A stretch of 20,000 bases of DNA from an uncultured virus (IMG/VR IMGVR_UViG_3300013342_000002) (lineage: Duplodnaviria; Heunggongvirae; Uroviricota; Caudoviricetes). The notes beneath the pieces were generated by a model. The model made no database searches. It was given only the letters and a program-made list of their open reading frames with translations, and was not told where the DNA came from. Of this stretch, positions 1 through 8,056 are shown piece after piece. The stretch lies in the IMG/VR virus record IMGVR_UViG_3300013342_000002. One strand, written 5' to 3'. Both the position numbers and the translations under genes were made by a program. Numbering within the stretch: the stretch's first letter is position 1; every line of letters begins with the position of its first letter.

Positions 1-44
1 TCAAGCTCTCCGCCGCCGGCACCGTCTACGCCCTGGCGGGCTGA
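1..44 (+). CDS. 3' end of an upstream phage gene (partial; ...KLSAAGTVYALAG*)
   Basis: Open frame with high-GC3 codons ending at TGA 42-44, immediately followed by the AAGGAG RBS of the next gene. Confidence 0.6.
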   Translation, partial: KLSAAGTVYALAG

Positions 45-56
45 AAGGAGCCGCAC

Positions 57-596
57 ATGAGCAAGTCCACTGTCATCGTTCCCGTCGTGCTGTTGACCAT
101 TCTGCGCAGTACCGAGGTCACCATCACCGAGTCCGTGTTCAAGCACGAGGTACCGATCCTCGAACTTATTCATGGCGAGGACAACGTGAATGTCATCAAC
201 GATGACTACCACGCGATCGAGCTGCCGGACAACGCCACGCAGGAATATCAGCGGCTGCTGACCAAGTACGGCGACAAGTACCGCCCGGTCATCGACCAGG
301 TGTTCCGCAATGGCGCGCGCGACGTGGCGAAGGAAGTCGGCATGGATCTCGGCAAGGACAGCTTCAAGAAGCAGTCCGAGGCCGTGGTCGAAAGCCGTCT
401 GCCGGCCCGTCCGGGCAAGAAGGCCGAATCCGGCGCCGGCACGGGCGGCGATGCCGACCTGACCGCAGCCGAGCTGAAGACCGAGCTGACCAAGCGCAAG
501 GTCGAGTTCAAGGGCAACGCCTCGAAGGCAGATCTGCAGGCGCTGCTGGACGAGGCGAAGAAGGCCGAATCCGGCGCCGGCACCCTGGGCGGTTGA
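57..596 (+). CDS. Phage hypothetical protein with C-terminal HeH/LEM-like domain
   Basis: AAGGAG RBS and strong codon bias. C-terminal LTAAELKTELTKRKVEFKGNASKADLQALL matches the HeH/LEM pattern. Confidence 0.8.
   Translation: MSKSTVIVPVVLLTILRSTEVTITESVFKHEVPILELIHGEDNVNVINDDYHAIELPDNATQEYQRLLTKYGDKYRPVIDQVFRNGARDVAKEVGMDLGKDSFKKQSEAVVESRLPARPGKKAESGAGTGGDADLTAAELKTELTKRKVEFKGNASKADLQALLDEAKKAESGAGTLGG
417..583 (+). repeat. Exact 26-bp direct repeat AAGAAGGCCGAATCCGGCGCCGGCAC (417-442 and 558-583)
   Basis: Read directly from the sequence. Encodes KKAESGAGT twice, 141 bp apart and in frame. Confidence 0.95.
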
Positions 597-619
597 TCAC
601 CAGCACCACGCAGTAACCC

Positions 620-645
620 GACGGGCTGGGGGAACCCGGCCCGTC
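620..645 (+). terminator. GC-rich hairpin with GGAA tetraloop (possible attenuator or mRNA-stabilising stem)
   Basis: GACGGGCTGGG-GGAA-CCCGGCCCGTC, an 11-bp stem with one G-U pair. There is no poly-U tail, so termination is uncertain. Confidence 0.5.
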
Positions 646-662
646 TCCACAAGAGGGATCCC

Positions 663-1409
663 ATGAGCATCACCGACGGCATCCAGTGCGCCTGCTCCAG
701 CACGGACGGCAACGCCACGCTGGCAGAGCTGCGCAAGCGGCTGATGATCCGGCTGGGATTCGCTGCCCAGGCGAACAACCCGCCGCCGGGCATGAAGGAT
801 CTGCTCAACGAGTTCCTGCAGAGCGCGCAGGTGGCGCTGTTCCGGCGCCCCACCGGCGAGTTCCGCAACGAGCGCTGGTTCTCCTGGCCGCTGGTGGCCG
901 GCCAGCGCCTGTACGACTACCCGGACAACGACGAGAAGAATGCCCCGCAGTCGTGCCCGGCAACGCTGGACCCGCGCAAGGTGACGTGGGTTGGTCGCGA
1001 GCGTGATGGCGTGTGGGCCGAGATGCACCAGGGCATCAACCCGCGCAGCTACACGACCAGCGAGCTGACCGGCTTGCCGCAGCGCTACGAGTTCCGCAAC
1101 TGCATCGAGATCTGGCCGGCGCCCGACGAGACGCTGGGCAACCTGGTCATCAAGGGCAAGTTCGACCTCAACCGGTTCACCGAGGACACGGACCGGACCA
1201 CGATCGACAGCGAGATCGTGTTTTTGCTGGCGCTTGCCAACGGCAAGGCGCACTACCGGCAGGCCGACGCGCAGGCCTACATCCAGCAACTAGAGGTGAT
1301 GATCACCAACCTTGTGGCCGGTACCCATGCCACGGCGCGGTACATCCCTGGGCCGCCGGCGGGTGAGGGCGTCTACGTACCGCCTCGCCCGGAGGTGCCG
1401 TTCCCGTGA
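663..1409 (+). CDS. Head-to-tail adaptor / tail tubular protein A-like (P22 gp4 / T7 gp11 equivalent)
   Basis: 248 aa. N-terminal TLAELRKRLMIRLG helix, a G-P-x-Y...IEIWPAPD motif and a helical C-terminus typical of podovirus adaptors. Sits directly before the nozzle. Confidence 0.7.
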   Translation: MSITDGIQCACSSTDGNATLAELRKRLMIRLGFAAQANNPPPGMKDLLNEFLQSAQVALFRRPTGEFRNERWFSWPLVAGQRLYDYPDNDEKNAPQSCPATLDPRKVTWVGRERDGVWAEMHQGINPRSYTTSELTGLPQRYEFRNCIEIWPAPDETLGNLVIKGKFDLNRFTEDTDRTTIDSEIVFLLALANGKAHYRQADAQAYIQQLEVMITNLVAGTHATARYIPGPPAGEGVYVPPRPEVPFP

Positions 1410-2206
1410 CCGGCCGCATTGTCACCCTCAACGCCTCCAAGGGCGGCATCAACCGGCTCAGAACGAAGGGCGGGGCAGACGCGAACACCCTGTACGATTT
1501 GGTCAACGGCTACGTCGATCAGGACGGTGTGCCGCGGTCGCGGCCTGGCACCAAGAACAAGAACACGCTCCCCACCGGTGCGACCAAGGGCCTGTGCGCC
1601 TACGACGGCAAGCTGATCGTCTTCAGCCATGAGCCGCAGACCATCGCGGCCAGCACCCCGGTGGTCGAGTGTGAGGTGCTGAAGCACCCGAACACCCCGG
1701 ATCTGCCGATCAAGGAAATCCACTTCGCCGGCCCGTTCCTCGGCTACTTGTATGTGGTGCCCGAGTTCGTCAACGGCGATGTCTTCCACTACTGGCTGCA
1801 GCGCGGCACGACGTGGGAGCCGGGGAAGATCTACCTTCCGGGGTCGTTGGTCACGCCTACCGACCCCAACGGCATCGCCTACCAGCTCGACAGCGGCACC
1901 GAGCAGTTCCAGGTGTGGGTGCGCAACGTCGCGCGCGCGCTGGGCGACAAGGTCGTTCCCACCGTCGACAACGGATATTCCTACACGGTCACCGACGTGT
2001 TCGGTCCAGCGCCGCGGTCCGGTGCCACTGAGCCGTCTTGGCCAGCATCGCCAGGCGCTACCGTGTTCGAAGACAGCGACGTGGCCAACCCGACGCCGAT
2101 CCCGGGCGAGCAGTCCGGCAACCAGTTGCCGCCGGACGTGACAGATCGCTACGGCAGCAGCGGCGGCAACAGTCCATGGCGCTACGCCAATCAGGAGGCT
2201 CAGTAA
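1406..2206 (+). CDS. Tail nozzle/stabilisation protein, N-terminal part, followed by W-x-x-G-x-x-Y repeat modules
   Basis: GTG start overlapping the upstream TGA. N-terminus GGINRL...DLVNGYVDQDG..RSRPG is typical of podovirus nozzle starts. C-half has WEPGKIYLPGSLVTPT..NGIAY and SGATEPSWP modules. Confidence 0.65.
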   Translation: MTGRIVTLNASKGGINRLRTKGGADANTLYDLVNGYVDQDGVPRSRPGTKNKNTLPTGATKGLCAYDGKLIVFSHEPQTIAASTPVVECEVLKHPNTPDLPIKEIHFAGPFLGYLYVVPEFVNGDVFHYWLQRGTTWEPGKIYLPGSLVTPTDPNGIAYQLDSGTEQFQVWVRNVARALGDKVVPTVDNGYSYTVTDVFGPAPRSGATEPSWPASPGATVFEDSDVANPTPIPGEQSGNQLPPDVTDRYGSSGGNSPWRYANQEAQ

Positions 2207-4197
2207 TGGCCGCTCCCGTCTGGCAGCCTGGCACCCTGTATCTGCCCGGGGATCTGGTCCAGCCGATCACCCATCCGGCGCCGAACAACCCGCAGGTCAT
2301 CAACGGCTACTTCGAGCAAGGGACGACAGGCTGGACGTTCTCCGGCGACGCTTCACTTTCGACGTCGCACGGTTACGGCAGCCCGAATTGCGTCCAGCTG
2401 CCTGGCAACAAGCCAGATGGCGTCGCCCTGAACAACGCGCAGCTCGTCGTGCCAGTCGGCGGACAGCTGACTGCAAACTCGATGATCCAGCAGGGAGCGT
2501 CGGTGGCCGGCGCCACTGCAGGCTGGACCGAGATTCGCTGGTATGACGCGCTGAACACGTTGTTGCAGACGGACAAGGGCAACGTGGTCGACAGTGGCTC
2601 TGGCGGCGCATGGCACCAGTCCACGGTAACCGCGACGGCGCCGGCCTCTGCGGCCTATGCCCGTGGCGCAATCCACCTGACCTCGGTGGCCGACCACAAC
2701 CACGAGATCTTCGGGGACAACCTCGTCGTCAGTGGTGCCAGCGCGGGATTGCCGGAGGGACTGGTCTACAAGGCAGTGCAAGCTGAGTCGGGCACTTCTG
2801 GCAGCAGCGAGCCGACCTGGCCGGGCATCCTCGGCCAGCAGGTCATCGACAACGAGGTGATCTGGGAGGCCGTGACCACCAGCCGTGTGGTGTGGACGGC
2901 CTCGCCGCGCTACGTGAGCGGCACCACCGAACCTGTGTGGCCGACCGACATCGGTGCCATGGTGCAGGACGGTTCGATCAACTGGCGCGCCGTTTCTCGC
3001 CGCGTGGAGGACGAGAAATGCCCCCGCTCGAAGGTGGTGGCGATCGTCGCCAGCAAGGTGTTCGCGGCGGACAAGGACATCGTGCGGTACAGCGCCACGG
3101 CCAACCCGCTGGACTGGTCCACGGCCGATGACGCCGGCTACCTGCCGACCGGCCTGCAGCAGGCCAATGCGAACAACATGGCGGTGCTGCAGCAGTACCG
3201 GGCCAATCTGGTTGCGCTCAACGCCAGCAGCTTCCAGAACTGGCAGGTGGACCCGGATCCGGCTTCGATGGAGATCCTGGACCAGATGGACGGCATCGGC
3301 TCGATCTGGCAGAAGGCTGCCGCACCGGTGGCCAACGACCTGATCTACCTATCCCAGCAGGGCGTGCGCTCGGTCGGGATCGCCAACGCCGCCGAGAATC
3401 TCGCGTCCGGCGACATCGGGGCGCCGATCGACGCCCTGGTTCAGCAGGCGATGCTCTATGCCGACCGCAACGGCACGCCGCCGCTGGCCACCTACTACCC
3501 GGGCGCGGGCCAGTACCTGCTGGCCTTCCCGAACTACCCGCCGCCGGTGCTGGGTGTCTATGGCCGGCTGCCAGCCGCTGGCTGCGGCGACACCATCAAC
3601 TATCCCTACGTAATCGCCGGGGGCCTGCCGCCGTACCAGGTCGAGATTGTGGATGGTCAGCTGCCGGCCGGCCTGTCGATGGACGGCAGCGGCCTGGTCA
3701 CTGGCGAGATTGCCAACGGCGGCGACGCCATCTGGACGGTGCGCGCCACGGACGCGCTGGGCGACACCGCAGAGCTGACCGAAAACCGTACTGGCAGTGA
3801 CGGCTTCTTCAAATACCTGACGACGCGCTTGTATCCCGTCGACGGCGGTGTCGATGCGGTGGGCCTTGCGTCCGATGTCGTGGAAGCGACCTTCCGCAAC
3901 ATCTACCACAGCTACGACGTCCCGGTGGAGGCCATCTCCCTAGCTTCCTCGGTGGAGGCCGGGACGTTCCGCCCGATCCTCCAGAACTACACCGCAATCG
4001 AGGCCATGAGCTTGGCCAGCGCCGTTGAAGCCGGGACGCTGCGAAACACACTGCTCGGGTACACGGTTCCGCCGGAATCGGTGTCGATTGCATCCGCATT
4101 CGTCGCCGGAACCCTGCAGCAGATTCTGATCACCACCACCATGGCACCCGAGGGCATCGGGCTGTCTTCCAGTGTCGAAGGAGGCACCCTCACATGA
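2206..4197 (+). CDS. Multidomain tail protein: W-repeat modules, CBM-like jelly-roll, central nozzle beta-propeller part, Ig-like (He_PIG) domain and C-terminal repeats
   Basis: True start is probably ATG 2206 (TAATG coupling, AGGAGG RBS), not 2038. CBM-like NGYFEQGTTGW...WHQSTVTATAPASAAY. Nozzle-like IVRYSATANPLDW...GIGS...DLIYLSQQGVRS. Ig-like GGLPPY...GQLPAGLSMDGSGLVTG...TVRATDALG. Confidence 0.7.
   Translation: MAAPVWQPGTLYLPGDLVQPITHPAPNNPQVINGYFEQGTTGWTFSGDASLSTSHGYGSPNCVQLPGNKPDGVALNNAQLVVPVGGQLTANSMIQQGASVAGATAGWTEIRWYDALNTLLQTDKGNVVDSGSGGAWHQSTVTATAPASAAYARGAIHLTSVADHNHEIFGDNLVVSGASAGLPEGLVYKAVQAESGTSGSSEPTWPGILGQQVIDNEVIWEAVTTSRVVWTASPRYVSGTTEPVWPTDIGAMVQDGSINWRAVSRRVEDEKCPRSKVVAIVASKVFAADKDIVRYSATANPLDWSTADDAGYLPTGLQQANANNMAVLQQYRANLVALNASSFQNWQVDPDPASMEILDQMDGIGSIWQKAAAPVANDLIYLSQQGVRSVGIANAAENLASGDIGAPIDALVQQAMLYADRNGTPPLATYYPGAGQYLLAFPNYPPPVLGVYGRLPAAGCGDTINYPYVIAGGLPPYQVEIVDGQLPAGLSMDGSGLVTGEIANGGDAIWTVRATDALGDTAELTENRTGSDGFFKYLTTRLYPVDGGVDAVGLASDVVEATFRNIYHSYDVPVEAISLASSVEAGTFRPILQNYTAIEAMSLASAVEAGTLRNTLLGYTVPPESVSIASAFVAGTLQQILITTTMAPEGIGLSSSVEGGTLT
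3850..4194 (+). repeat. Five degenerate ~24-25 aa tandem protein repeats ([ED]xxx[LI][AS]Sxxx[AG][GA]T[FL])
   Basis: DAVGLASDVVEATF / EAISLASSVEAGTF / EAMSLASAVEAGTL / ESVSIASAFVAGTL / EGIGLSSSVEGGTL. Confidence 0.85.
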
Positions 4198-5153
4198 ACA
4201 ATGTCCTGCACGCGCACAACGGCGTGGCCGGTTGGTACAAGATCGAGGCATTCCGGGTGGATGGCCAGGGCAATGAGGTGCCGGGCAGCCGCCGGGTCGC
4301 TGCCGACTGGTTCCCCAATCTGATCACCAACGCCGGCCTGGATCTGCTTGGGACTACAGGATCGACGCCGGTCCAGAGCTTCTGCCGGGTTGGGTCTGGC
4401 AATACCGCGCCGGCCTTCACGGATACCGCGCTGGTTTCCCAGGTGGCCGTGAGCAGCACAGTTCAATCCGACACCAACGGTGTTGACAGGACTGGCGCAT
4501 TCTACGGCTGGCGCCGGCGCACGATTCGTTTCGTCGCAGGCACAGCGACTGGAACTCTTGCCGAAGTGGGTGTGTCTGCCCTCGCCGCAGGCCCATTGTT
4601 CAGCCGCGCTCTGATCCTCGACGGTGGCGGAAACCCGACCACCATCACCGTGCTCTCCGACGAGGTGCTTGACGTCACCTACGAGCTGCGCATCTATCCA
4701 ACCATGACGGATGCAACCGGGTCGGTTGTGATTGCGGGTGTCACCTACGCCTGGACCGCGCGTCCTTTGAACAACGCGACCTATGACTCCCGCTGGGGGC
4801 AGTACATCGGGTGTGGTGTGGGTTTCAATACCACGGCCGGCAACATCTCAATCCTTGGGCCTTCGGCGCTGGCGACCCTGCCAGCCCAAGGATCAACACC
4901 AACGTCGCCGGTGAATGGGACGAGCATGAACCCGCAGGCGTATACCGCCGCCAGCTATCAGCGGTCGTTCCGCATGGATTTCGACCTCAACGACGGAAAC
5001 GTCGCAGGCGGGATTGGGGCATTTTTCGCCGCGACGGAATCATTCCAGACCGGTGGCGCGTGGGCTTGGGGCCTCTCTCCTAAGCTCCCGAAGACCAGCT
5101 CATTCAAGGCGACCTTCACCGTCCGCATGAGCTGGGGGCGCTACACGCCATGA
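4194..5153 (+). CDS. Virion structural protein, tail-collar/fibre-like
   Basis: NLITNAGLD...RVGSGNTAPAFTDTAL resembles tail-collar fibre N-terminal motifs. Thr/Gly/Ser-rich and beta-rich. ATGA-coupled with GGAGG RBS. Confidence 0.6.
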   Translation: MNNVLHAHNGVAGWYKIEAFRVDGQGNEVPGSRRVAADWFPNLITNAGLDLLGTTGSTPVQSFCRVGSGNTAPAFTDTALVSQVAVSSTVQSDTNGVDRTGAFYGWRRRTIRFVAGTATGTLAEVGVSALAAGPLFSRALILDGGGNPTTITVLSDEVLDVTYELRIYPTMTDATGSVVIAGVTYAWTARPLNNATYDSRWGQYIGCGVGFNTTAGNISILGPSALATLPAQGSTPTSPVNGTSMNPQAYTAASYQRSFRMDFDLNDGNVAGGIGAFFAATESFQTGGAWAWGLSPKLPKTSSFKATFTVRMSWGRYTP

Positions 5154-5725
5154 TCCCGGCCGGCGGCCTGTCCACCACCCCGATGCCCGCGGCGAACGTC
5201 GAGCGGGTCAATTCGACGCTGCAGCCGCTGATCGACTTCGAGATGGGCGGTGTCGCGCTGAACGACGCATCGCAGGGCCTGCGGGTGAAGCTGTGGCGCG
5301 TGCGGGTGGACGGCGATGTGGTGTATCTGGGGCCGGATGGCGGAAACGAGCAACCGGCGTTCATCCGGCCTGGCATCACCTCGGTGGCGCTGGCCTTCGA
5401 CCAGAACATGCAGCCAGCCATTGCGTTCGTGCAGTCGGGCCTGGCATGGTTGTGGTGGTATGACAGTTCGGTGCCGGGGATGGTGTTCACCTCGTTTGCG
5501 GGGATGATCAACCCGCGGCTGACGCTGGACGACAAGCGGCCGACCCAGACCAGCAATTCCGATGTGATTCTGGGCTATCTGCGCGCCGGGTCGCTCTACT
5601 ACCGCCAGCAGCGCGACCGCTACCAGACCGAATACCTGCTGAGCGCCAATCCTCCCTGCGGTGGCCTGGCCACGCTATGCATGTCCACTGGCGGCCGACT
5701 GCAGTTCGGCTTCGGAGGTGCCTAA
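5150..5725 (+). CDS. Phage virion structural protein (hypothetical, beta-rich)
   Basis: 191 aa, ATGA-coupled upstream and TAATG-coupled downstream, with strong codon bias. Confidence 0.65.
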   Translation: MIPAGGLSTTPMPAANVERVNSTLQPLIDFEMGGVALNDASQGLRVKLWRVRVDGDVVYLGPDGGNEQPAFIRPGITSVALAFDQNMQPAIAFVQSGLAWLWWYDSSVPGMVFTSFAGMINPRLTLDDKRPTQTSNSDVILGYLRAGSLYYRQQRDRYQTEYLLSANPPCGGLATLCMSTGGRLQFGFGGA

Positions 5726-6213
5726 TGCAGTCGACGGTGTTCGTCTACACGATGCGCTCGGGTAAGCAAGGCGCCTGGAGCCGCTACCTGTTCCCGTTCT
5801 CCGTGGATGCCTTCGCGCAGCTGGGGAATGATCTCTACATCCGGCACGGGGACGAAATCAGCGCGGTCAGCGACTTTGCCTTGGGCGACGACGTTGGCGG
5901 CGAGTCGACCCCGTTCGGTGGCACGGTCTGGTGGCCGTGGCTGGACTTCGGGACGCCGAGCGTCACCAAGATGATGGAGGGTTTCGACATCGTGAGCCAG
6001 GGCACGCCCAGCATCAGCATCGGCTACGACCAGCGGAACCCTGCCGCGTTCACCGAGCCGTACACGGTCGATCCCGACACGCTGCCGGGCGGCGTGATCC
6101 CGTTCCCGATGTCTGCCCCGACCTTCAGCCTGCGCGTGGACTTCGCGCCTGGCAAGAAGTGGGCACTGACGCAGGCGTCGCTGAGCTTCTTCGACCTGGG
6201 CAACGGGCCATGA
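5725..6213 (+). CDS. Tail nozzle/stabilisation protein, C-terminal part
   Basis: Start is probably ATG 5725 (GGAGGT RBS, TAATG). TVFVYT...AWSRY and WLDFGTPSVTK motifs are typical of nozzle C-terminal thirds. Followed by the gp13-like gene, as intact nozzles usually are. Confidence 0.65.
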   Translation: MQSTVFVYTMRSGKQGAWSRYLFPFSVDAFAQLGNDLYIRHGDEISAVSDFALGDDVGGESTPFGGTVWWPWLDFGTPSVTKMMEGFDIVSQGTPSISIGYDQRNPAAFTEPYTVDPDTLPGGVIPFPMSAPTFSLRVDFAPGKKWALTQASLSFFDLGNGP

Positions 6214-6698
6214 CCGTCACCGCCTCCAGCGACGTCCTGATTGAGGATCTGGCCTATTTGGCGAGGAACATGCGCCCGGACGAGATCGCGCAGGACCTGG
6301 CCATGACTGGCGCGGCCGAGTACGACCCGCAGCAGGCGATCCTGAAGATGGCCTCGGTACACGGGCCGAAGTTTGTCCTGCTTGCCGACGGCGTGCCTGT
6401 GGTTGCCGGCGGGTTCTGGCAGGTCCGTCCCGGCGTATGGGAGGGCTGGCAGCTGGGCACGATGGCCGGCTGGGAGAAGCATTGGCGGGCCATCACCAAG
6501 ATCACGCGCAGGCTCAACGATCGGATGCTGGCCGAGCCGAACGTGCACCGCCTGCAGCTCTACGGCCAAGCCGGCCGTGACAAGACGTTCGAGTGGTACG
6601 AGCGTTCGCTGGGCTACCAGCGTGAAGCCACCCTGAGCCGCTACTGCGCCAATGGCGACGACGCGGTCCTGTTCGCACGTATCAAGGAGGCAGGCTGA
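6210..6698 (+). CDS. GNAT-fold virion assembly protein (T7 gp13 / P22 gp14-like)
   Basis: Start ATG 6210 (ATGA overlap). DLAYLARNMRPDE, PVVAGG and VHRLQ...WYERSLGYQREATL motifs. Syntenic between nozzle and ejection genes. Confidence 0.75.
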   Translation: MTVTASSDVLIEDLAYLARNMRPDEIAQDLAMTGAAEYDPQQAILKMASVHGPKFVLLADGVPVVAGGFWQVRPGVWEGWQLGTMAGWEKHWRAITKITRRLNDRMLAEPNVHRLQLYGQAGRDKTFEWYERSLGYQREATLSRYCANGDDAVLFARIKEAG

Positions 6699-7408
6699 TG
6701 GCCGGCGGCGGCAATATCGGCAAGGGCAACTGGGCAGACCCGACGGGGCTGATCCAGAAGTCGGGCGCCAGCAAGATTCTGGACCCGCTGGGCCTGACCA
6801 AGACGGCCAAGCAGGGCGAGTCGGCTGCGGACGTGGCCGCGCGTCTGGAGATGGAGCGCCAGGAGCGAATCCGCGAGGCTCAGGGCCGCATCAACCAGGT
6901 GTTCGACAACCCGCGCCGGGCCAAGGACATCGCCGATTTTGTATCGGCAACCCGTTCCAAGCTGATGGAAGACCTCAACCGGCAGAACACCGACGCGGCG
7001 CGCGAACTGAAGTTCTCGCTGGCGCGCGGCGGCCTGTCCGGCGGCAGCGTCAACGTCGACCAGAACCGCAGGCTCACCGACGAGTACAACCGGGGGCTGA
7101 TCAACGTCGAGGGCAGGGCGCAGGGCGCCGGCGCGCAGCTCGAAGCTGCCGATCAGGATTCCCGTGCCCGCCTCATCCAGCTGGCGACGTCTGGCCTAGA
7201 CGCGACCACGGCGGCATCGCAGGCGGCGGCCGGTTTGCGCTCCAACTTCGAGAACGCCAAGTCACAGGCCTTCGGCGAGCAGCTGGGGGACCAGTTCGCA
7301 GGCATCACGGGCTTCGTGAAGCGGCGGCTTGAAGAGTCTGGCCAACGAAAGGCGGTGCGCGATTCCAACTTCTCTCTTTACGGCGGCGGTGCCGCATATG
7401 GCGGGTAA
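6698..7408 (+). CDS. Internal virion / DNA ejection protein
   Basis: Helical, Ala/Gln/Arg-rich, with an LARGGLSGGS motif. Position after the gp13-like gene. Confidence 0.65.
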   Translation: MAGGGNIGKGNWADPTGLIQKSGASKILDPLGLTKTAKQGESAADVAARLEMERQERIREAQGRINQVFDNPRRAKDIADFVSATRSKLMEDLNRQNTDAARELKFSLARGGLSGGSVNVDQNRRLTDEYNRGLINVEGRAQGAGAQLEAADQDSRARLIQLATSGLDATTAASQAAAGLRSNFENAKSQAFGEQLGDQFAGITGFVKRRLEESGQRKAVRDSNFSLYGGGAAYGG

Positions 7409-7411
7409 CTC

Positions 7412-8056
7412 ATGGGCCAGGTAATCCCAATCGCGCTGATGGCCGCTGGCACCCTTGCACAGCAGGCAGAGACCGAGCGTGTCACGCGCAAGCAGGACGA
7501 GGCGACTGCGCAGGGCCTGCTGAACCAGTCGCGCCGCCAGCAGGAGGCCGATCGCCGCGTGAACGACGAGATCGCCCAGCTGGAGACCAGCACGGCGGCG
7601 GATGACCGGGCCCAGCGGCTGGGGCAGTACATGCAGCAGCTGCAGCGCGGCCGCAAGCAGGCCGTCGCTGGTTTGGAGGGACCCGTCGGCGGAGCAACCT
7701 TCCAGGCTGATGCCGGCGCCGCGCGCGCCGGCGCGGACAACGCCGCTGCAACCACTGCCGGCCTGATGTCCCGCATCGATGCTCCGCAGCTGCAGCGGCA
7801 GCAGGAGGCATTCGGGTACGGCAGGCTGGCCACCGATCTCGGTATGGAGGCGCGCGCAAGCCGCGGCCAGCAGTTCATCGACCAACTGCGCCTGCGGCAG
7901 ATCCGGCGCCGCCCCGAAGTCGACCTCCTGGCCGGTCTGGCTACGTCCGTCGGCGGGGCGATGGCAGGCGGAGGCGGCGGGCTCGCTGCCTCTGCGCCGC
8001 AGATGGGTGCCAATTTCTACGGGTCGTATGACCCGGTCACCATGGGGTATGCGTAA
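7412..8056 (+). CDS. Internal virion / DNA ejection protein (P22 gp7 / T7 gp14-like)
   Basis: Hydrophobic N-terminus, Q/A-rich coiled coil and a Gly-rich hydrophobic C-terminal segment. Confidence 0.65.
   Translation: MGQVIPIALMAAGTLAQQAETERVTRKQDEATAQGLLNQSRRQQEADRRVNDEIAQLETSTAADDRAQRLGQYMQQLQRGRKQAVAGLEGPVGGATFQADAGAARAGADNAAATTAGLMSRIDAPQLQRQQEAFGYGRLATDLGMEARASRGQQFIDQLRLRQIRRRPEVDLLAGLATSVGGAMAGGGGGLAASAPQMGANFYGSYDPVTMGYA

Noticed and set aside
2038..2205. N-terminal extension of the 719-aa ORF in the track
   Set aside because: It overlaps ORF 1406 out of frame. ATG 2206 has an RBS and TAATG coupling. Similar over-extended starts at 5677, 5931, 14039, 15026, 15716, 17484 and 18636 were trimmed for comparable reasons.
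3850..4194. CRISPR-like or DNA-level tandem array
   Set aside because: The periodicity is at protein level and degenerate in DNA, with no identical repeats separated by unique spacers.
1800..5724. Intein or intron explanation for the interrupted nozzle
   Set aside because: No C/S...HN intein ends, homing endonuclease or reverse transcriptase were recognised. The interruptions encode structural-type domains with ordinary coupled stops and starts.
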